From an uncultured virus (IMG/VR IMGVR_UViG_3300005662_008418) (lineage: Duplodnaviria; Heunggongvirae; Uroviricota; Caudoviricetes): DNA of 64,000 nucleotides. The stretch lies in the IMG/VR virus record IMGVR_UViG_3300005662_008418; one strand, written 5' to 3'. Shown here piece after piece: positions 37,126 through 46,564 of the stretch (the first letter of the stretch is position 1; each line of letters starts with the position of its first letter). Below the pieces are notes generated by a model that was not told the DNA's origin, ran no database searches, and saw only the letters and a list, made by a program, of their open reading frames with translations. A program made the position numbers and the translations under genes.

Positions 37126-39120
37126 TTATATGCTTCCGAATAAGTCAGCATCTTTGCCTATTTTTATTACTTGAAACTCAGGCTCTGACCTATATAGTTT
37201 CTCTCTTCTTTTGCTATGAGCCCTGAGATACTTAACATCGTCAAAAAAGTCTATGACTACAGCATCCTTCTTGCCAGAATTAGATCTTATCACTCTTCCT
37301 ATTCTCTGAAGCGCTCTAGTTGGACTTTTTCCAGCGCCAGCCAAGATCAGAGCATCAAGTGGTCTTGCGTCTATTCCTTCATCAAATATAGTGCTAGCGA
37401 TCACAACTCCAGGATATCCCGCTCTCATTTTCTCCAATATGCCATCTCTTTTTTTCTTATCTGTTTCTCCGCTAATAAAGACTGAATTAGGTATCATTTT
37501 TTCTAGCATTTTGCCATGCTCGATTATTCTAACAAGCACCAGTATCTTTCTATTGGCCTTATACAACTGATCTGCCATTGAAGCTATAATGTGATTCCTT
37601 TGCTCATTATGTACTATGCATTTTTTATAGACATCCTGATATGAACCACCGATATTACTGCTTAATGGTATGAAATATATGCTAGGCTTAACAAGCACCT
37701 TTGATCTTATCAATTCACTTGCGCTAACCTCCGCAACTGGTTTGCCAAAACAACCATCTATAAGAATATCATCACCTTGATCTCTCCAAGGAGTGGCTGA
37801 AACACCAAATCTATATCTTGCTTCTTCCATGCTATTGCTGACAATTTGACATGTTTCTGCCGCCCAGTGCTGACAATTATGAACTAATAAATTATTTGCA
37901 AAGAAGCAATGCGTTCCTTGAACAGATATATCAAAAACATGATTACTTCCTGCACTTTCAATATTTTTGATTTTACTTGCAACTGCAGAAGAATCAACCA
38001 AGTGATGCGAACTGTTATTGACTAGATTATTTACACTCGATGAATCCAACTTGATAATGCTGTCATCAATTCCAATATCCTCGGCCTTGATCCAGCCTCT
38101 GCCGGTCATTAGCAAATGATTATTCGTACATATGATTTCCTCTCCGGATATCAATGTGATTCTCATCACTTCCTTAACGCCCTTGTCGTAAAAATTAGTT
38201 ATTTTACTCCATACGACATTAGCCCCATCAAAACTAAGAATCTCCTCGCCTACCATGTCCGCTAAATCTTCTATCCTCTTCTGACCAAATTTCTTGATAA
38301 TCACAATAGAATTTCCAGCAATACATTCATCAGCAATGTATATTTTGCAGTTTTTAATTAATTTTCTTATGACGTCTTTTTTATCGTCGTCGAATACGGC
38401 ATCATCTTCGCAATCTTCTTCTTCATCATATTTTTTATAAGATCCACCCAGAGATCTTACGGCTGTTTGCACAGTCATTATTGTAATGTCTGAAGGATCA
38501 AAAACGCCCCCGCCTATCGCTCCTACATTGGCTGGCTTACCGTTTTCCAATATTACGGTAGAAAGTTCTTTTCTAGCCTGATGCATAAGATCGCGACTAG
38601 TTACCAAAAAAACGGCTGGCACAACATCTAGTTCCGCAATCAGTGCCGCACTTATCACCGTTTTTCCAGCACCAGTTGCAGCCTTTATTATGCCTCTTCC
38701 TTTTTTAACGGCAGATTCGACTATTCTTTTTTGATAGTCTCTAAGTGAAACGCTATCGCTGGTAGAGAATTTATTTGATTTTTCAACCTTAGGTCTTATA
38801 TCTTCTACCTTAAAAGCAATGCCGTTTTGATTGAAATAATCCCTAACTATAGACAAGCTACCAGTAGGAAAATGCATGCCGTCCTTTTTGTCGACGCATC
38901 TACATCTTGCCCTGTCAAAGCAAAGCGTAGTTATCCAGCCATCCCAGAATTTAGAGTTTCTAGTCATCCAGAAACTTTCCTCAGGCTGGTATCCTAATTT
39001 TTTCTTCAGTATTGCGTGGTGCTCGCCTTTTATGGGCGGATCAATCCTAGTAGAAACATTACCTACGATCAAGCGGTGAACTGGGCTGTTCGTCATATTC
39101 TGATTCTGAAAATCTTCCAT
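37126..39120 (-). CDS. SF2 DExH helicase (UvsW/SSL2-like) containing an intein
   Basis: LRDYQ, AATGAGKT, ADE|CQH, SATP, DEGID, LQRIGRVIR. Confidence 0.92.
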   Translation of the reverse strand: MEDFQNQNMTNSPVHRLIVGNVSTRIDPPIKGEHHAILKKKLGYQPEESFWMTRNSKFWDGWITTLCFDRARCRCVDKKDGMHFPTGSLSIVRDYFNQNGIAFKVEDIRPKVEKSNKFSTSDSVSLRDYQKRIVESAVKKGRGIIKAATGAGKTVISAALIAELDVVPAVFLVTSRDLMHQARKELSTVILENGKPANVGAIGGGVFDPSDITIMTVQTAVRSLGGSYKKYDEEEDCEDDAVFDDDKKDVIRKLIKNCKIYIADECIAGNSIVIIKKFGQKRIEDLADMVGEEILSFDGANVVWSKITNFYDKGVKEVMRITLISGEEIICTNNHLLMTGRGWIKAEDIGIDDSIIKLDSSSVNNLVNNSSHHLVDSSAVASKIKNIESAGSNHVFDISVQGTHCFFANNLLVHNCQHWAAETCQIVSNSMEEARYRFGVSATPWRDQGDDILIDGCFGKPVAEVSASELIRSKVLVKPSIYFIPLSSNIGGSYQDVYKKCIVHNEQRNHIIASMADQLYKANRKILVLVRIIEHGKMLEKMIPNSVFISGETDKKKRDGILEKMRAGYPGVVIASTIFDEGIDARPLDALILAGAGKSPTRALQRIGRVIRSNSGKKDAVVIDFFDDVKYLRAHSKRREKLYRSEPEFQVIKIGKDADLFGSI
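37876..38325 (-). mobile_element. Mini-intein (150 aa, no homing endonuclease) in helicase motif II
   Basis: Starts CIAGNS, block B CTNNH, block F VFDISV..THCFFAN, ends VHN followed by a Cys+1; removal restores DECQH. Confidence 0.92.
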
Positions 39121-39289
39121 CAGGAATCACAACTCCAAGCTGATATATTCTTCTTTTTTTAACTCTCTTGTTATTTTTTGCTGGAGAAGATCCACCAAAT
39201 ATGGATCCAGATCCCTGATTGTAACTCAGAGATCCTTCTCCAAATTCGATGGCGTTTCCGCTGACTCTTTGTGATCTTTTAATGAACAT
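39059..39289 (-). CDS. Possible small hypothetical protein
   Basis: Fills the 39121-39225 gap but overlaps both neighbours by about 60 nt. Confidence 0.3.
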   Translation of the reverse strand: MFIKRSQRVSGNAIEFGEGSLSYNQGSGSIFGGSSPAKNNKRVKKRRIYQLGVVIPDGRFSESEYDEQPSSPLDRR

Positions 39290-39465
39290 ATACCATCCCC
39301 CTTATCGCTCTGCATGCCATTAATGATATTACAAAGAATATGACGCACGCCTTTCATCTTTTCATAAGCTGGAATAAATCTACCATTTACCATTAAGTTT
39401 ATGGAAGAATCCATCTTAAAAAGAATTCTTTTAAGTTCTTCTATTGTATTTTCTTTATTTTCCAA
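39226..39465 (-). CDS. Hypothetical protein
   Basis: 79-aa ORF. Confidence 0.55.
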   Translation of the reverse strand: MENKENTIEELKRILFKMDSSINLMVNGRFIPAYEKMKGVRHILCNIINGMQSDKGDGICSLKDHKESAETPSNLEKDL

Positions 39466-40454
39466 AGCCTAGATTCCTCCAGCCTTGATTGTAGTAGTTT
39501 ATCTTCGCCGTTTTGAGAAAAAGGTTCTGATTGAACGCGCAACATTAATTCCATTGGCGCATGAGGCAATCCCATAACTTTTCTTCTCTCATCAATGCGA
39601 TCCCATACTTCATGCGAAATTGGAGCCCACTTTTCTGCAATATTATCCCTCACCCCTCTCACTGGGGCTAGCATCTTTTCTATTAATCCGAATATCCAAA
39701 ATGAGGGGGCTGTAAATGAAGCTTGTTTGCCAATTTCTTGCTGATTCCAATCGATGCTACCTCTTGGCATGTCAGCAAAAGCATGTGCCATTAATAAGAA
39801 TGCATTGATATCTACTTCCGAATCATTATAAATGTTGTTTAAAGATGAGGTTAATATTCTCTTGAACATCCTACTGGACAGCATTTGAGAAAATATATCC
39901 TTGGGATTTTTGCCATTTTTAATACACAAGCAAGCCAGTGCAATACAATCATATGCGCCCATGTTAGATATCTGCGAATTAATAACTACTGTATTTGATT
40001 TAATACAGAAAGGGCTAAATAAAGTATGATCTAACATAATATCATAGTTTATGAGTTTAAGTTCGCATATGGGACATGCTATATTATTTGCAATGATAAA
40101 TGAACCTGGAAGTTGATCAAGCCTGATGGCTACTTTTTCCTGCCCCTGCTTGCCACCATACATTCCATAAGTCATCTGCATTATACCAATTAATGATGAT
40201 ATTATCCCCGATATAACTGACTCATCTACCGTTCTACCAGCACTATTGGCAGATATACGGATAGCATTCTTAATAATTAAAGCTTGATTATGTATAAAAG
40301 ATTCATTATCAAGTTCAATGTCACCACCACAACCCTTTTTAGATATGGTTATATTGCTGACTGGAACCCCCAGATCGTCACAGGCATTTCTTATTAAGAA
40401 ATATAAAAATGGTATGTCCACTAGACTAATTTTAGAATCACTTGCCGTTTCCAT
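39441..40454 (-). CDS. Hypothetical protein
   Basis: 337-aa ORF. Confidence 0.6.
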   Translation of the reverse strand: METASDSKISLVDIPFLYFLIRNACDDLGVPVSNITISKKGCGGDIELDNESFIHNQALIIKNAIRISANSAGRTVDESVISGIISSLIGIMQMTYGMYGGKQGQEKVAIRLDQLPGSFIIANNIACPICELKLINYDIMLDHTLFSPFCIKSNTVVINSQISNMGAYDCIALACLCIKNGKNPKDIFSQMLSSRMFKRILTSSLNNIYNDSEVDINAFLLMAHAFADMPRGSIDWNQQEIGKQASFTAPSFWIFGLIEKMLAPVRGVRDNIAEKWAPISHEVWDRIDERRKVMGLPHAPMELMLRVQSEPFSQNGEDKLLQSRLEESRLWKIKKIQ

Positions 40455-40890
40455 ATCTGTCTATCTCCTCATCCGTAAGACCTATTTCTCTCAATAGTTC
40501 CGTGTAATTATCGCAAGAGTTCAAAAAATCTATAAAATTCTTGCTCTCTCTATTGAAAGAATTCATTCTAATATTTTTTTTGAGCTTTTTACTTTTTTTC
40601 TTAAAAGGAGATACATACTGATGGGTTATGTCTGCCGTGCTGTCTTCCTTGCATGCAGTAAATATTTCTGCAGCCAGTTGTTTTGCAGTAAAATCAACAT
40701 CCGTTAATATAGTAGTACTGGCTGGTATCTCACAATTTGAACATAAAGAATCAAAGCATATGCTATATTTGCCGCCTTCTGATTCTTTTATGCCTAATAA
40801 TATTATTTTTGAAGAACCCATACTGGCCCCACATTGAGGACAGCCCTTTTTTGATATATATGAATAAACCCATTCTGGAAGGTTTAACAT
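40438..40890 (-). CDS. Zn-ribbon hypothetical protein
   Basis: CPQC ... CSNC. Confidence 0.6.
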   Translation of the reverse strand: MLNLPEWVYSYISKKGCPQCGASMGSSKIILLGIKESEGGKYSICFDSLCSNCEIPASTTILTDVDFTAKQLAAEIFTACKEDSTADITHQYVSPFKKKSKKLKKNIRMNSFNRESKNFIDFLNSCDNYTELLREIGLTDEEIDRYGNGK

Positions 40891-42087
40891 CTACCTCTTA
40901 GCCTCCAAGTCAATATCGTATCTGAAAGAAACGCCATGCTTCTCATTAATTCCGAATATTTTCTGCTCAGGCCTTCCACATTTTTGTAAGTTTTTGATTG
41001 AATATACATCACCTCCAACAAAACTACCGTTAACCACTACTTTGCCAAAATTGTTGGTCATTTCAGATGATTCATGAAAATGACCGCATATAGTCACATC
41101 TGGCTTCTTCCCAGTCATTCCCCATTGAGACATGGAAAACATCTCCAGACCTTTTGCAGGAGATCCCTTGGGCTTAAACTGATCACCATGCACAAGCAGG
41201 AAGTTTTTACCTCTTATCTCTTCCATAATCCACCAGGTTCGAGGCACTACAAACTTTATCCTTTTATTATCCTTAAACATGAGTTTTAGAGTTTCATAAG
41301 CCATACTGTCCCAGTTGGCGTAATCTTTCTCCGCCCCAGACGGAGCTATTCTACCGTGGTTTCCTCTCACTCCATAAAAAACAACATTATCAAATACTGT
41401 TAGCCACTTAGCCAAAAGTTCTGCTATGCAATTTACTCCTATAAACATCTGATCAAATATCGGAGTGTCTATATAGACAGGAGACCAACTTCCAGCCTGG
41501 TTCATACCATCAACAATATCCCCGAGACACATAACATGAAGAGTTGGGATGTTATAAAGATGGGTATGCAGATCGTATATATTCTCTACTGCCAATTCCA
41601 GATTTTTGAGTCTGCGCTTGAAAATTTCAACACCATACTCTGAAAGACCACCAGTTTCCTCCATGGTATGAGCATGACCTATGTGCAAATCACTGAGCAC
41701 GACAGCCATATCCTCGTCTTTCTTGACAGTATTTCGCTTCCTTGGTCTATAGGGAGAAACCTTAATACTTGGGAGTTTTCTGATGGCACGTTCAACCTTA
41801 TCGGATATGATATCATGCCTCATCCTAAACATGTCCAGTTTCTTTTCAACTGAATCTGCAGTTTTATCTATATAAGAAGCTTTCTTATCCTTCTTTGCAG
41901 TACTTAAAGCGTTATTGAAAAATGGCTCACTTTTCCAGTCATTTTTCAGCCACATACTCTTACAAGATTCGACAGTCCTATCAAGGTTGCGCGCAACAAC
42001 GATATACGGAACTTGATTAGATTTTGCAAAGAAAAGGTATTCCTTTTCCTCCTTAGACCATTCTTTTGTCTTCATATTTTGACTCAT
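40891..42087 (-). CDS. Calcineurin-like metallophosphoesterase/nuclease with an N-terminal Myb/HTH-like domain
   Basis: SDLHIG, LGDIVDG, GNHG, VHGD, GHFH are intact; N-terminal WSKEEKEYL...VARNLDRTVESC. Confidence 0.85.
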   Translation of the reverse strand: MSQNMKTKEWSKEEKEYLFFAKSNQVPYIVVARNLDRTVESCKSMWLKNDWKSEPFFNNALSTAKKDKKASYIDKTADSVEKKLDMFRMRHDIISDKVERAIRKLPSIKVSPYRPRKRNTVKKDEDMAVVLSDLHIGHAHTMEETGGLSEYGVEIFKRRLKNLELAVENIYDLHTHLYNIPTLHVMCLGDIVDGMNQAGSWSPVYIDTPIFDQMFIGVNCIAELLAKWLTVFDNVVFYGVRGNHGRIAPSGAEKDYANWDSMAYETLKLMFKDNKRIKFVVPRTWWIMEEIRGKNFLLVHGDQFKPKGSPAKGLEMFSMSQWGMTGKKPDVTICGHFHESSEMTNNFGKVVVNGSFVGGDVYSIKNLQKCGRPEQKIFGINEKHGVSFRYDIDLEAKR

Positions 42088-42850
42088 GGCGTTTTAGTTC
42101 GACCTTTCCGTAGTGTCTGCGCACCACCTCAACATGATGCTTGATCATTTCTGCTTTTTTGCTTCCAGTGTTTGAGTTAGATCTAACTCTATACCTCATA
42201 AGCGGTATATCAATATTCCCTAGGCGCATTCCTTTTTTAGCCATGCGGAACCATAGATCAAGGTCTGGAGATAATGCTATTTTAGCATCCTCAGACCATC
42301 CGCCCATATATATCAGACAATCTTTTTTAATTATGCAACTTGGATCAATCATGGGATTAGTTTTGCTTGGCAACCTCCACACTATTTCATCATGATCAAT
42401 AGGAGGATAATCATAAATACATTCTGTCATAGAGAAGTCTTTAAGAATAAAAGCCCAAGATCCACATGCGTCAAGATGATTTACGGACATATTATGAATT
42501 GTTCTACTAATTCTATCCGGCATATAAACATCATCTGAATCCCATATGGCTATATATTTCCCTCTAGCCTTGGCTAGTCCCCAATTTCTTGCCACAGCGC
42601 AACCTGACGATCTTGCTAGTTTGAATATTTTTACTCTGTCTGAAATATTCATTTTTTTGATTATATCTTGCGCAATTTCAAAAGACCCGTCTTCAGAGCA
42701 GTCATCAACTATAACCATATCTAAATCTAAAATGTCTTGCTCTATAAAAGACATCAATGATTCTTCTATATACATTTTTGAATTCTTGCATGCCATGACA
42801 GCTGTGCATAGATTATTGGAGTGCCGCATTGTACATTTCCGATACCACAT
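42053..42850 (-). CDS. GT2 glycosyltransferase
   Basis: IVDDCSEDGS, ARNWGL, WDSDD, DLDLWFR. Confidence 0.9.
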   Translation of the reverse strand: MWYRKCTMRHSNNLCTAVMACKNSKMYIEESLMSFIEQDILDLDMVIVDDCSEDGSFEIAQDIIKKMNISDRVKIFKLARSSGCAVARNWGLAKARGKYIAIWDSDDVYMPDRISRTIHNMSVNHLDACGSWAFILKDFSMTECIYDYPPIDHDEIVWRLPSKTNPMIDPSCIIKKDCLIYMGGWSEDAKIALSPDLDLWFRMAKKGMRLGNIDIPLMRYRVRSNSNTGSKKAEMIKHHVEVVRRHYGKVELKRHESKYEDKRMV

Positions 42851-43928
42851 CCCAGTTGAAATTTTGGCTTATCATAGCCAAGCCTAGAGATCCTAGTTCA
42901 TTTCTTTTATGCTCATTCAAAAGCAGTTCCTTGAGTTCCTTACTGAAAAACTCCAACTCAGAACTGATCGGCTTGAAGTAGCCTTGACTATCCCTAATTT
43001 TGCAATCTACGATAACCCCTCCAGGCATTTCTGGAGTGTTGCCAACTGGAAAGCTTATCCATGGTATTCCGCATGCCATGCTCTCAAGAATTACTACTGG
43101 AGCAACCTCCTTCAAGGAAGTAAGTACGCAGACATCACATGAAGCAAATGCCTCGCATACAGCTTCTCTTGAAGCATCCAGCATGACGATGCATCTTGGT
43201 CTTCTAATTCTAGCCAAACGCTCCCTGATGGAGTTTGTAAGTCTTTTTGCCACTGGCCACGATGGGGTCGAGCATGCTAATACAAAAAAAGAATTATCTG
43301 GGAATGTGTGTGAGTGCTTCTCCAAGATGCTAATCATTTCTTCGTGTCCTTTACCAGGAAAACAGTTAGCAACCATAAGCATCACATGAGCATTCGAGGG
43401 TATGCTGAATTTGTCTCTAAATCTTGATTTTGGTATAAAAAATTCGGATGCATCTACAGCATTTGGTATTACACGGAAAGGTATGCTATTTTTCTGAAGC
43501 AGTTTTGCATCATCGTAAGAAGAAGAATGAGTAATAAACTCTATCTTGTCTTTATGCTTTTTAAAGTTTTCCAAAATTCTAGGATTAGACAATGCTGCGT
43601 TACATCCAACCGTACATAATGCCATTTTACACTTTAGCGTATGCATATTATCCAATAGGATAGGCAAGCACATAGAAGCATCGCTATATATCAAAATCCT
43701 ATCATCCGCACCTAACTTACGTGCTTTATGAAATACCTTTTCTGGGGTGCCAGGTTCAATGTCAACATTGCCAATTCTTAAAAAACGATTAGCATCGTTG
43801 CTCATAACCGATGTAGACCAGCCTTTATCTGCCATTTTTTTTGACAGATATTTTATGATAGTTTCCGAGCCACCCACATGAAATGGATAGGCGTGATTGG
43901 ACGCAATTATCAATTTTCTATTATTCAT
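42813..43928 (-). CDS. GT4 glycosyltransferase
   Basis: YPFHVGGSE, VIPNAVD, KGH, EVAPVVILESMACGIP. Confidence 0.9.
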   Translation of the reverse strand: MNNRKLIIASNHAYPFHVGGSETIIKYLSKKMADKGWSTSVMSNDANRFLRIGNVDIEPGTPEKVFHKARKLGADDRILIYSDASMCLPILLDNMHTLKCKMALCTVGCNAALSNPRILENFKKHKDKIEFITHSSSYDDAKLLQKNSIPFRVIPNAVDASEFFIPKSRFRDKFSIPSNAHVMLMVANCFPGKGHEEMISILEKHSHTFPDNSFFVLACSTPSWPVAKRLTNSIRERLARIRRPRCIVMLDASREAVCEAFASCDVCVLTSLKEVAPVVILESMACGIPWISFPVGNTPEMPGGVIVDCKIRDSQGYFKPISSELEFFSKELKELLLNEHKRNELGSLGLAMISQNFNWDVVSEMYNAALQ

Positions 43929-44889
43929 TTAATCTCAATATCTTCAGTAAATGCTTCTTGAATTCTGGATAGCATATCGCTCTATATTCAGGGAAATTTT
44001 CTTTTATTTCTTTCGCTAGAAAAACGGATGTTTTTTCTAGTCCCCAGTGCTTATGATAATAAGAAGAAACTTGCTCTGGGTTGCTGGCATGTTTCATTTC
44101 TGAACTCATTGATTCAGATAATTCATCTACTACATTCTTAAAGTTATCCCACATTTCTTCGGCACAAGTTGGCATTTTAAAAATGGAGCCAGTGTTGCTG
44201 TTTATATATTTTTTTCCACCAATGCAATGTTCTCCGAGCATTACCCTAGTCCCCCTACATAGAGATTCTGCTATAGTCTTTGGCGAAGCATCATATATGC
44301 TTGGGCAAATAAAAAGCTTATGACTTCTAAAAAACTCAGCCATTTTTTTCTGATCATTGTCTGGTTTATTCCTGATTATATGCACATCTTTGCTTTTTAA
44401 AAATTTTCTAACCTTCTCCAGACTGTCAGACCATCCCCCTCCCCTGCCGTATTCCACCACAGTAAGCGGATATCCCGTATTCTTACAGGCTTCTGATACT
44501 GCAGCCGTCATAAAAAATCCCTTTGTTCTCATCCCAGAGTCGTGATCAAGAGTAACCATTATTACTCCAGCACGCTCTCTTCCAGCCTTCACGCCACCGC
44601 ACCATGTCTTATCAATCATATCAGATTCACTCAATGATGCCTGAGGAATTTTACACCAGCTTAAATCATTATTAAAAGAATGAAAAAATCTTATACAGTT
44701 TTCTGGCAATGTCCCAGAAAAATCTACCCACTTATAATGAGATGCTATTACTATACTCTTACCATTTCTTATCTTTGAAAATGATTTTTTATCAGATGGC
44801 TTGCGGATAACGGTAAGCGGAAGCTCGACACAAGAGCCGTCGTTCCTTATTCCTATCATTCCAGATCTATAGATGTCGCCTAATTTCAT
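43921..44889 (-). CDS. GT-B (GT4-like) glycosyltransferase
   Basis: TKG, FICPSIYDASPKTIAESLCRG. Confidence 0.75.
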   Translation of the reverse strand: MKLGDIYRSGMIGIRNDGSCVELPLTVIRKPSDKKSFSKIRNGKSIVIASHYKWVDFSGTLPENCIRFFHSFNNDLSWCKIPQASLSESDMIDKTWCGGVKAGRERAGVIMVTLDHDSGMRTKGFFMTAAVSEACKNTGYPLTVVEYGRGGGWSDSLEKVRKFLKSKDVHIIRNKPDNDQKKMAEFFRSHKLFICPSIYDASPKTIAESLCRGTRVMLGEHCIGGKKYINSNTGSIFKMPTCAEEMWDNFKNVVDELSESMSSEMKHASNPEQVSSYYHKHWGLEKTSVFLAKEIKENFPEYRAICYPEFKKHLLKILRLNE

Positions 44890-45653
44890 CTGGACCTTTT
44901 GCTGGACAAATAACTTTTAAGATTCATTATTTTTTTCTCTGTAGTATCGTTAGTCTTTTTCTCTTTTACAAATACATCCATATTATTGGGTATCTCTATC
45001 CCTTTAGCGCCTGCGTGATCTACAAATTTGTCTCGCATATACTTTCCGAATCTTAATGCATTTATGTGAATCATCTGTTCAGATTGAGATATATATGCCT
45101 TTAGATTCAATTTTCTCATTCTTTTTGACCCCTTTAGTTCCACATCCCAAGCATCTTCTCCGCTTTTCAATATTGATAATAAATGCGACTTTCTCCATAG
45201 CGCTGGTTGTAAAGAACATAAATATTTGAAATCGTTTTTAACCCTTACGAAGTTGAGTATATTGTCGCTGAAATCAGCGCACTTTTTATCAAATATGTTG
45301 AACCTAACGCACGCTACATCTCGATTGTCATTTAGTAATTTAAAAGCTCTTGAAATAAGTTCTTGCTGATCAACTGGCTGATCAGCATAAGCAGGCATAA
45401 CGTAGTCATCCAAAAGAACAAGAACAATATCATCCTCTGCGCTTTTTAGTGCTTCCAGCATATTTGATGAAAATCCAAGATCCTTGCTAAGAAATGTTAA
45501 CTTGACCTTTTTATCAGAATTAAATTTAATACTATCATCGTCCGTAGCGATATATATCTTATTAATAAATTTATATTGATTCAAAGATTCTATGGTAGTT
45601 TTGCAAATGCTAGAAAATTTCTTACAACTCTGCATGACTAATGATATATTCAT
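44886..45653 (-). CDS. GT-A-fold glycosyltransferase-like protein
   Basis: VLVLLDDY (DxD-like), SLQPALWRK, DAWDVE; sits in the GT cluster. Confidence 0.7.
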   Translation of the reverse strand: MNISLVMQSCKKFSSICKTTIESLNQYKFINKIYIATDDDSIKFNSDKKVKLTFLSKDLGFSSNMLEALKSAEDDIVLVLLDDYVMPAYADQPVDQQELISRAFKLLNDNRDVACVRFNIFDKKCADFSDNILNFVRVKNDFKYLCSLQPALWRKSHLLSILKSGEDAWDVELKGSKRMRKLNLKAYISQSEQMIHINALRFGKYMRDKFVDHAGAKGIEIPNNMDVFVKEKKTNDTTEKKIMNLKSYLSSKRSR

Positions 45654-46564
45654 GATAAAAACCTTTTAAACAATTTTGCGTACTTTTCTGCAGCATTTTC
45701 TATTAAAAGATCATCTCTGGAAACTTTCTTATTGAAATTTATTATCTTAAGTATGTCGTCACTGAGGATGCTAATTTGCTTATCATTCATCCTTGTTGCT
45801 TGCATATCGTCTATGGGCTTCCAATTCCATGCATCTATGTTGGAAATAACACCATCATCGCCAACCAATTCCATGGTTCCTCCTATATTGTTGCACAGCA
45901 CTGGCAGTCCACAGACCAAAGCCTCTACGACAGAATTGGGACAACTTTCTATGTGGCATATATGCGCAAAGCAAGAACATGAAGACAATTCTTGCTGAAC
46001 CAACTTATTGTCTATGTGACCAGTGAACTTGCAAAAATGAGGAACAGAACAATCTGGATCGCCTATTATCTTAAGTTTAATGTCTTTCCCAGACTTGGAT
46101 CTAGCAATATCAATAGCGGCAATTAGTCCTTCTAGTCTCTTATTAACTCTCCATTTAGCAGAACATCCTATTGTCATGCAGTTTAAAGAGGCATTAGCAA
46201 CAGCCATCCTTCTAGCTCCATTTAGTATAACTGATGAGTTCACGGAGTTGCCTGTTAGTTTTTCAAAATTTATCTTAGAAAAACTACTCTGAAAAATAAC
46301 ATGATTATGGCTTTTTGCTGATTTTATTATACTCTTGTTTTTAGATAATCTTTCCTTATCGTAATATATACCATCAACTCTTAAAAAATTTATAGATCCC
46401 TTCTTTATATTTCCTGATATAGAATTCAAATGAACATCGGAATTGCTTTTCACATCTACAATTCTAAATTTATGCTTATTTTGAAGTTCCTCGGCAAGCA
46501 TCGCCAGAAATCCTTGGCGACCGCCTTTTTTAAAATCAACTTCTCCTGATATGGATATTTTCAT
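45650..46564 (-). CDS. GT4 glycosyltransferase
   Basis: IFQSSFS, VILNG, WRVNKR, ESCPNSVVEALVCGLPV, GGTMEL. Confidence 0.88.
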   Translation of the reverse strand: MKISISGEVDFKKGGRQGFLAMLAEELQNKHKFRIVDVKSNSDVHLNSISGNIKKGSINFLRVDGIYYDKERLSKNKSIIKSAKSHNHVIFQSSFSKINFEKLTGNSVNSSVILNGARRMAVANASLNCMTIGCSAKWRVNKRLEGLIAAIDIARSKSGKDIKLKIIGDPDCSVPHFCKFTGHIDNKLVQQELSSCSCFAHICHIESCPNSVVEALVCGLPVLCNNIGGTMELVGDDGVISNIDAWNWKPIDDMQATRMNDKQISILSDDILKIINFNKKVSRDDLLIENAAEKYAKLFKRFLS

